A DNA stretch of 20,863 nt from Ignavibacteria bacterium (GTDB lineage Bacteria > Elusimicrobiota > Endomicrobiia > PHAN01), in the NCBI GenBank assembly GCA_041694835.1, contig JBGFRZ010000075.1, positions 1 through 20,863 of the forward strand, written 5' to 3'. Below, one piece after another: positions 14,536-20,863 of the stretch (position 1 is the first letter of the stretch; each line of letters starts with the position of its first letter). The position numbers were made by a program, and so were the translations under genes. Under the pieces are notes generated by a model, which searched no databases, was not told the origin of the DNA, and saw only the letters and a list, made by a program, of their open reading frames with translations.

Positions 14536-15480
14536 TCAAGAGCCTCTTTCAAAAAAATAAAGTATTTCGTTCAGGGTCGCTTTAACGCTTTTGGACATTT
14601 CTCCGGACAAACTCATTTTCTCAGGTTGAACACCTATCACGAATATTTTTGCTGTGACATTTTCCTGAAGATAATCCAAAAAAAGCCTTATTCCAAAGCC
14701 ATGCGTAGAAAAGTTTAGATTCGGTAATTGTTCGGGCGAAAAAATTCCGAGAGTGCCGGGGGGCGTTCCATTTGAAATATAAATTGAATCAAACACAATG
14801 AGTGTGTCTGGATTTCTCGCGGATATTTTTGAAACATAGTTTTCCGGAGACATCCCGGCATCAATATACAGGCATCCCGGTTTTTTCTTCGCTTTTCTTA
14901 TAACTTCGGGTCCGAAACCGTCATCCCCCTTCATGGGATTCCCCGCTCCGACAAAAACGGTGTTTTTTCCGAGTGAAAGATACAGCGCAATAAAAGCAGC
15001 GATTTTGCGGGGGGTGTTTATGTCAACAAAAACGTGTTTTTCATCGCGCCACCCCGAAAAAGACGCTCCCGCGTCCACATAAAACAAAATCGTCGACTCG
15101 TCGATGGACAACCTGGCGATGATATCATCCGCCCGTCCGTCTTTTAAAATAAATATTTTCTTAAATTCTTTTTTGCTGTAACCTTCCACGATAAGCAGAT
15201 CCAACAAATCTTCAAACTTGTTAAAAATTTCTTCCGGTTCAAAATCGGCATTTTTCCTCATTGAAAATGAGACTTTTTTATCTGATGCCACGGCGGAAAC
15301 ATGGGCGCCGGCTTCAAAAAATCGATGCGAATCCTTCCCCGGAACATCGGCGGCGAAATCCCCGCCGGAATGCTTCAACGTTCCCACTCTCAGTCCCATC
15401 GCTTTGAATATCTGCACGAGTGATTCGATGAGTTTTGTTTTACCTGAACCGCTTTCGCCGACCACAGAGATTATATCCAT
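14536..15480 (-). CDS. Fusion of a MobB-like P-loop NTPase and a HycI-type hydrogenase maturation endopeptidase
   Basis: Residues ~1-165 carry VVGESGSGKT, RVGTLKH, DVPGKDS.RF.EAGA and DLLIVEGY (MobB). Residues ~172-314 carry VGAGNPMKGDDGFG, IDAGMSPEN, PD.LIVFD, STH and IGVQP (HycI/A31 peptidase). One uninterrupted frame. Confidence 0.88.
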   Translation of the reverse strand: MDIISVVGESGSGKTKLIESLVQIFKAMGLRVGTLKHSGGDFAADVPGKDSHRFFEAGAHVSAVASDKKVSFSMRKNADFEPEEIFNKFEDLLDLLIVEGYSKKEFKKIFILKDGRADDIIARLSIDESTILFYVDAGASFSGWRDEKHVFVDINTPRKIAAFIALYLSLGKNTVFVGAGNPMKGDDGFGPEVIRKAKKKPGCLYIDAGMSPENYVSKISARNPDTLIVFDSIYISNGTPPGTLGIFSPEQLPNLNFSTHGFGIRLFLDYLQENVTAKIFVIGVQPEKMSLSGEMSKSVKATLNEILYFFERGS

Positions 15481-16377
15481 TCAATTATTGAAAATCATCC
15501 GCCATAATCTCGATATTTTCCCCGCATCGGAGCGTGAGGCAACCTTTATTCTTTCTTTTTTATCAACTGTCGCAAAACCTGCGACGGAATCGTTGAATTT
15601 AAACTCAAACAATACCTTCTTGTCACGTCTCCTCGCTTTTGATATCTGGCAGGCTAGGGGGAGTATTCCTTCATCGCTCTTTCCTCCAAGCATTTCAGCG
15701 AGATACCCGGCTATCTCCCTCCGGTCGGTTATTTTTAGCCACACAACGTCATTTTCCGATAGAGCCGGCGCAGGAACGCCATCATCATCGACAAGCGGTT
15801 CAACTTCAAGCATAATTTTCCCCGATGCTTCACACCGCTCATGTGCAGAGGGGGGGTCTATGCTGATCTGGGTTTTATACGGCTCTTCGGAATAATCGAT
15901 TGAAACCACTATGTTTTCCGTGTCAAATACCTCGTTCAGAAACTCTTTCATTTTATCTTCACAACTCTGTTCACTCTCGAAAAAAAACACCCGTTCGATT
16001 ATTCGTGGGATTTTCTCCTGCATTATGTTTGAAAAATTTGGAAGAACGCTTTCCTCAAGTTTGTATGAATAAATGGCTTTGTCGATATCTTCCCATGAAA
16101 GAGAAAAATCGAGTTCATAAATTTTAGGGTTTTCCGAAATAACTGCGCTGGTCGTAAGAATATTGGCCTGTTTTATATCAAATATAATCAGGAATGCACC
16201 GTATATGAATTTGTCGGGAAGAATGAGCCTGCCTTTCACCACGCCAAGCCCCGGGGATACTTTGTTCAAAAAATCGAGAGCTTCGGCGAAATTGCCTTTC
16301 GCACTTTTATAAGCAAGTTCCGCCTCATAGTGATTGCATCCCGCAGTTTCCATCAAAAGCTTTATTTTATTTTCCAT
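15481..16377 (-). CDS. Hypothetical protein with an N-terminal UBA-like three-helix domain
   Basis: 298-aa ORF packed between xerC (2-nt gap) and mobB-hycI (0-nt gap). KIKLLMETAGC...EAELAYKSAKGNFAEALDFL resembles the EF-Ts N-terminal/NAC UBA-like repeat. Confidence 0.75.
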   Translation of the reverse strand: MENKIKLLMETAGCNHYEAELAYKSAKGNFAEALDFLNKVSPGLGVVKGRLILPDKFIYGAFLIIFDIKQANILTTSAVISENPKIYELDFSLSWEDIDKAIYSYKLEESVLPNFSNIMQEKIPRIIERVFFFESEQSCEDKMKEFLNEVFDTENIVVSIDYSEEPYKTQISIDPPSAHERCEASGKIMLEVEPLVDDDGVPAPALSENDVVWLKITDRREIAGYLAEMLGGKSDEGILPLACQISKARRRDKKVLFEFKFNDSVAGFATVDKKERIKVASRSDAGKISRLWRMIFNN

Positions 16378-16379
16378 AA

Positions 16380-17261
16380 TTATTTTCTCAATCGCGCCTT
16401 TTCATAAACTTTTTTGAGCTTTTCAAGCGTAAAATGCGTGTAGATTTGCGTCGTGGACAGGCTTGAATGTCCTAACATCTCCTGTATGCTCTTTAAATCA
16501 CAACCCCTGTCGAGAAGATGGGTGGCGAAAGAATGCCTGAAAGTATGCGGGGTCACCCTTTTTAGCACGTAGCTATTTTTCATCCAGTTCTTGAGAAGTT
16601 TGCTTATGCCTCGCGCCGTAATTCTGCGACCTCTCAAGTTTAAAAACACCCCGGGTGACTCACTACCAATTTTTCTTCTTTCTTCGAGATATTTTTTAAA
16701 AATATAAGTTGCGGGTTCACCTATTGGGACAATCCTCTCCTTTTCTCCTTTTCCGCGGACTTTTATCATCCCTCCGAGCAAATCAATATCGCCGAGATTT
16801 AAATTCACAAGTTCAGCTATTCTTATGCCGCTGGAATACAAAACCTCTATTATGCATTTCGTTCTCAACGCCGGGAAAGAATCGGATGACGGCAATTCGG
16901 CGATTTTCTCAACCTCGTTCTCCGAAAGAAAAACCGGCGCTTTTCTCTCTTTTTTCGGACTATGGAGATGGAGCAAAATCCTCGAGTCCAGTAATTTCTG
17001 GTTTATGAGATACCTGAAGAATGACCGCACCGCGGAAATCTTTCTTATCACGGTGTTTTTCTCGAGATTCTTCTTGCTTAAATGGAGCAGATACTTCCTC
17101 ACGATATATTTGTCTATCTGCGAAAATTCCATTATATTGTTTTTCTTTAGGAAAATCTTGAGGTCACTCATGTCGTTTTTGTAAGACCCGACGGTATGAA
17201 TGGAGTAATTCCTTGTTCCTTTAAGGTAAGTGTAAAATCTTTCCAACTGAACATTCATCAT
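16380..17261 (-). CDS. xerC: Tyrosine recombinase XerC/XerD family
   Basis: RNYSIHT..SY..D, RKISAVRSFF, LYSSGIRIAEL, GKGEKERIVP, TPHTFRHSFATHLL, IQEMLGHSSLSTTQIYTH. Classic position after dprA-topA. Confidence 0.93.
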   Translation of the reverse strand: MMNVQLERFYTYLKGTRNYSIHTVGSYKNDMSDLKIFLKKNNIMEFSQIDKYIVRKYLLHLSKKNLEKNTVIRKISAVRSFFRYLINQKLLDSRILLHLHSPKKERKAPVFLSENEVEKIAELPSSDSFPALRTKCIIEVLYSSGIRIAELVNLNLGDIDLLGGMIKVRGKGEKERIVPIGEPATYIFKKYLEERRKIGSESPGVFLNLRGRRITARGISKLLKNWMKNSYVLKRVTPHTFRHSFATHLLDRGCDLKSIQEMLGHSSLSTTQIYTHFTLEKLKKVYEKARLRK

Positions 17262-17264
17262 TTT

Positions 17265-19292
17265 CTAACCTTGCGTTTTCGATTGTTTTTTTATATATCT
17301 GCATTTTGGGAATGCGCCGCAGGCCAGAAACTGCCCGTATCTGCCAGTCCTTATGACAAGTTTGCTTTTGCACTCGGGACATTCTTCGTCGGTAAGTATT
17401 GGTTCCGCTTTTTTTTCATTTTTAACATACCTGCATTTTGGGAATGCGCCGCAGGCCAGAAACTGCCCGTATCTGCCAGTCCTTATGACAAGTTTGCTTT
17501 TGCACTCGGGACATTCTTCGTCGGTAATGACAGGCTTTTCTTTAAATGAAGCCGAAGATGCCGCTTTTGACAAATCGACTGAAAATTTTTCATAAAATTT
17601 TTCTATCACTTTGGTCCAGCGACTTTTTCCCTCCGCTATCAAATCCAGCCCCTCTTCGGCCGAAGCGGTAAAATTAAGGTCAACTATGTCCGAAAAGTTA
17701 TTCTTGAGAAATTCTGTTACCGTCGTTCCGGTTTGAGTTGGAAAAAATCTTTTTTCATGAATCTCCACATACCTGCGATGTATGATGGTCGATATTATTG
17801 CGGCATAAGTCGAAGGCCTGCCGATGCCGTATTCCTCAAGCGTCTTTATAAGAGACGCTTCGTTGTATTTCGGGGGGGGCGTCGTTTCGTGCTTCCCCGG
17901 AACAAGATTTGTAAGGAGTAATCTTTCTTTTTCGCTTAAAGGCGGGAGCACGGCGTCCTTCTCCCCGTCGATATCATACACTTTGAGAAAGCCATCGAAA
18001 GTCAGAACCCTTCCATTGGAACGAAAAAGGTATGAGCCGGCTTTTATGTCGGCAGCAACGGTGTCAAAAACCGCCTGAGACATCTGGGAAGCGGCAAATC
18101 TTTTCCATATCAAATCGTAAAGTTTAAATTGTTCGCCAGAAAGGTATGATTCTACCGACTGAGGCGTTCTTTTTATGGATGTCGGCCTGACTGCCTCGTG
18201 AGCCTCCTGGGCGCCCTTGGCTTTAGTTTTATAAATATTGGGCTTTGATGGTATGTATTTGTCTCCGAAAGCATCCTTCAAAAAACTCCTGGCATGCTGT
18301 TGAGCGGAGGGGGCTATATTGAAAGAATCCGTCCTCATATATGTGATAAGACCCGTCATTCCATTGGGTCCGAGTGAAACACCTTCGTAGAGCGATTGAG
18401 CGACGGTCATCGTTTTTTTTGCGCTGTAACCCAGCCGGCGGGAAGCATCCTGCTGGAGGGTGCTCGTCGTGTAAGGTGGAGGAGGGGAGCGCTTCTGGGA
18501 TTTTTTTTCTATTTTTTCGACCACAAAACTTTCGTTTTTTATTTTTTCAAGATGACCACCGAGCGTCTTTTCATCGGACAAAATTGAATTTTTAACCTTG
18601 TAGGGGCCGGCGAAAAGATTATACTCTATATCCTTTTCAACTTTTTCACCGTTTATCTTTACAAGCTGAGCGTTAAATTCAGCATCGGAACCATCTTTTC
18701 CAAGCAATGCATCTATCGTCCAGTAATTCTGCGATTTGAAATTTTTTATCTCTTTTTCTCTTTCTACTATAAGCCTGAGGGCCACCGACTGGACGCGACC
18801 GGCGGAAAGACCGCTTTTGATTTTTTTCCACAAAAGCGGCGAGAGTTTGTATCCGACAAGTCTGTCAAGAATCCTTCTAGATTGCTGGGCATCCACAAGA
18901 TTCAAATCTATGCCCCTCGGAGATTTTATAGCTTCAAGTATGGCATCTTTGGTTATTTCGTGAAACGTTATCCTTTTTACCTTCTCGCCTGGGACATTGA
19001 GTCCATCAACTATGTGCCACGCTATAGCCTCGCCCTCCCTGTCCCAGTCGGTAGCCAGATATACCACCGAGGAGGATTCTATCATAGATTTTAGCCGCGC
19101 TATGTTCTTCTTTGATTTCGGGAGCCATGTGTATTGAGGTTTGAAGTCATTTGCTATATCCACACCGATGCTCCTTTCGGGAAGGTCGCGCATGTGTCCG
19201 TATGAACTCGTGACATTAAATGACGCCGGGAGATATTTTTTTATCGTTTTTTCTTTTGTGGGCGATTCCACTATCATCAGATTTTTTTTCAT
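17265..19292 (-). CDS. topA: DNA topoisomerase I (type IA) with two C-terminal C4 zinc ribbons
   Basis: IVESPTK, SYGHMRDL, ATDWDREGEAI, RRILDRLVGY, SAGRVQS, GLITYMRTDS (catalytic Tyr), QEAHEAVRP, GIGRPSTYA. Confidence 0.97.
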   Translation of the reverse strand: MKKNLMIVESPTKEKTIKKYLPASFNVTSSYGHMRDLPERSIGVDIANDFKPQYTWLPKSKKNIARLKSMIESSSVVYLATDWDREGEAIAWHIVDGLNVPGEKVKRITFHEITKDAILEAIKSPRGIDLNLVDAQQSRRILDRLVGYKLSPLLWKKIKSGLSAGRVQSVALRLIVEREKEIKNFKSQNYWTIDALLGKDGSDAEFNAQLVKINGEKVEKDIEYNLFAGPYKVKNSILSDEKTLGGHLEKIKNESFVVEKIEKKSQKRSPPPPYTTSTLQQDASRRLGYSAKKTMTVAQSLYEGVSLGPNGMTGLITYMRTDSFNIAPSAQQHARSFLKDAFGDKYIPSKPNIYKTKAKGAQEAHEAVRPTSIKRTPQSVESYLSGEQFKLYDLIWKRFAASQMSQAVFDTVAADIKAGSYLFRSNGRVLTFDGFLKVYDIDGEKDAVLPPLSEKERLLLTNLVPGKHETTPPPKYNEASLIKTLEEYGIGRPSTYAAIISTIIHRRYVEIHEKRFFPTQTGTTVTEFLKNNFSDIVDLNFTASAEEGLDLIAEGKSRWTKVIEKFYEKFSVDLSKAASSASFKEKPVITDEECPECKSKLVIRTGRYGQFLACGAFPKCRYVKNEKKAEPILTDEECPECKSKLVIRTGRYGQFLACGAFPKCRYIKKQSKTQG
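17299..17527. repeat. Perfect 97-bp intragenic direct repeat (period 132 nt) encoding the two TopA zinc ribbons
   Basis: 17299-17395 is identical to 17431-17527 base for base. Confidence 0.95.
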
Positions 19293-19306
19293 GTTCTTAC
19301 TGCCTT

Positions 19307-20437
19307 TCAGAGCTGTTTTACTATAAGATATTTTTTTCCCGGAAGCGAACGCACCACTCCTTTAAGCTCAAGTTTAAGCAACGTCTCGGAAATTTCGCCG
19401 ATGGAAAGCCCCGATTCCGATTCGATTGTTTCTATCGATATCCCATCTATGTCTGAACTCAACACACCGGCAATCTTTCTTTCGTTCGCATCAAGGTCGG
19501 ATGTTGAGTCGTCGGGAAGTCGACCTTTTTTTTCGGCGGTTCTATATTTTGATATCCATTTCGCCAGCGGCATTATTTCGTCTATTATGTCATTAACCGA
19601 AACAAGCACTTTCGCACCCTGCTTCAAAAGCAAGTGAGTCCCCTTTGAATACTTCGAAAAAATGCTCCCGGGGACAGCGAAGACATCCTTTCCCTGTTCG
19701 CTTGCACACCTGGCGGTAATAAGCGAGCCGGACGTTTCGTCGGCCTCGACTACAACCGTCGCCAGAGATAAAGCCGAAATTATTCTGTTTCTCCTTGGAA
19801 AATAACCCGGTTCGGGTGTTGTGTCGAGTTTAAACTCGCTTATTACGGCGCCGCCGTTTTGGGCGATTTTTTCCTGAAGCGTTCTGTTCTCCGGAGGATA
19901 AAATCTGTTCAGGGCATTCCCGAGCACCGCTATGGTTCTGCCTGAAACTTCCAACGTAGATTTATGCGTCTCCGTATCTATCCCTCTCGCCAGACCGCTG
20001 ACCGTGGCTATCTTCAACGATGACAGTTCGCGTGAAATCTTCTTTGCGACGCTCATCCCGTACGGAGTGGCGCGGCGACTGCCGACAATAGCAACGGAAA
20101 AATAATCCGATTTTTTAAGCTCTCCCTTGACATATATCGCTATCGGAGGATCGGGAATGTTTTTAAGCTCGTAAGGATATTCATCTTCTGTCCTGGTTAA
20201 TATTTTAATCCCGATTTTTTCAGCTTTTTTCATTTCGGTTTCGGCGGCTTTCAGCGACTCTTTTGAAGATATCCTATGGGCAAGCGTCGTCGAAATACCG
20301 CCGACAGAAACGATTTCTTTCACTCCCGCCTCAAAAATCGACTTTTCATCGCCGAAGACCTCTATAAGCGCCTTATATCTTAGCGGGCCTATCTCATCTA
20401 TCAGAAAGAGCGCAAGGGCGTGAATTGTGTTATTCAT
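19307..20437 (-). CDS. dprA: DNA-processing protein DprA (Smf)
   Basis: YP..LK.IPDPP, VAIVGSRRATPYG, VSGLARGID, GRTIAVLG, SEF, FPRRNRIISALS, VVVEA...SGSLITA, FAVPG, and a C-terminal winged helix LLKLELKG. Confidence 0.96.
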   Translation of the reverse strand: MNNTIHALALFLIDEIGPLRYKALIEVFGDEKSIFEAGVKEIVSVGGISTTLAHRISSKESLKAAETEMKKAEKIGIKILTRTEDEYPYELKNIPDPPIAIYVKGELKKSDYFSVAIVGSRRATPYGMSVAKKISRELSSLKIATVSGLARGIDTETHKSTLEVSGRTIAVLGNALNRFYPPENRTLQEKIAQNGGAVISEFKLDTTPEPGYFPRRNRIISALSLATVVVEADETSGSLITARCASEQGKDVFAVPGSIFSKYSKGTHLLLKQGAKVLVSVNDIIDEIMPLAKWISKYRTAEKKGRLPDDSTSDLDANERKIAGVLSSDIDGISIETIESESGLSIGEISETLLKLELKGVVRSLPGKKYLIVKQL

Positions 20438-20440
20438 ATC

Positions 20441-20848
20441 TTACAAGAGATCTTCGGAAATGCTTCCGCCGCAGCCGGCAGATTCTGTCTCCTTCGGGCG
20501 GGGTTTCTCCGATGAGACGACGCTTTCAGAAGGAATGTTCGATATTTGTTTTGCGGATAGAGGCTTATTAGACTTTATCGTTTCATGCAACGACCTTATG
20601 AAATTCTCGCTTAAAAAATACTCCTGAAACTCTGATGGAATTCTTCCCGTAAGAAATATCAAATAAGTCGAGTCAACGCCTATGAGCTTCGCAAGCTTTC
20701 TTAAAACCCTTTCTTCAGCGGGCGGGCTTCTTTTTCCCGAAAGTATTTTAGAGAAAAAAGATGGATCTATGTCTATCTGCCTGGCCACCTGCCTTACGCT
20801 CAATCTTTTATCATCAAGCGATTTTTTTACAAATTTCGCAAAATTCAT
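20441..20848 (-). CDS. XRE-family helix-turn-helix transcriptional regulator
   Basis: LSVRQVARQIDIDPSFFSKILSGKRSPP...LRKLAKLIGVD is a Cro/C1-type HTH. SD-like AAGGGTGA upstream. Ends 3 nt before dprA. Confidence 0.85.
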   Translation of the reverse strand: MNFAKFVKKSLDDKRLSVRQVARQIDIDPSFFSKILSGKRSPPAEERVLRKLAKLIGVDSTYLIFLTGRIPSEFQEYFLSENFIRSLHETIKSNKPLSAKQISNIPSESVVSSEKPRPKETESAGCGGSISEDLL

Positions 20849-20863
20849 CTCTATATCACCCTT

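Noticed and set aside
14526-14552. 9-aa N-terminal extension of HypA
   Set aside because: HypA needs MHE at the N-terminus for Ni binding, and a GAGG RBS precedes the ATG at 14525.
16380-17261. Prophage or integrative-element integrase
   Set aside because: Size, motifs and the dprA-topA-xerC context indicate the chromosomal Xer recombinase; no phage or conjugation genes and no att-like repeats were seen.
152-20627. Plus-strand ORFs in the track (e.g. 2264-3193, 15218-15895, 14194-14718) and short alternate-frame minus ORFs
   Set aside because: Nearly all overlap well-supported minus-strand genes and show no recognisable motifs. Those at 7784-8056, 12158-12373 and 12337-12564 are largely translations of repeat DNA.

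Overview
A 20.9 kb bacterial chromosomal segment in which every credible gene lies on the minus strand, mostly tightly packed. In transcription order: XRE-type HTH regulator, dprA, topA, xerC, a 298-aa hypothetical, then a hydrogenase-maturation cluster mixing [NiFe] and [FeFe] components (MobB-like GTPase fused to a HycI-type protease, hypA, hydG, a five-unit hairpin repeat array, HypC fused to a HydE-like radical SAM enzyme). Next come an AddA-like helicase-nuclease, a heptamer-repeat patchwork, a truncated DUF2723 remnant and a 52-aa membrane peptide. Last is a competence-linked block: ComEC with a degenerate metallo-beta-lactamase (MBL) domain, a Cas4-like nuclease split into an unannotated 44-aa peptide plus a membrane-anchored body, a UvrD/PcrA helicase, and a stand-alone membrane-anchored MBL with intact motifs. 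Three tandem sigma70-like promoters point out of the left end. Two candidate undescribed systems stand out: (1) a HydG/HypC-HydE route that may supply the Fe(CO)(CN) unit to a [NiFe]-hydrogenase, with no hypB, hypD, hypE, hypF or hydF in the window; (2) a ComEC/split-Cas4/UvrD/MBL DNA uptake and processing module. Family assignments come from motifs read by eye. No database search was run, so novelty is unverified.
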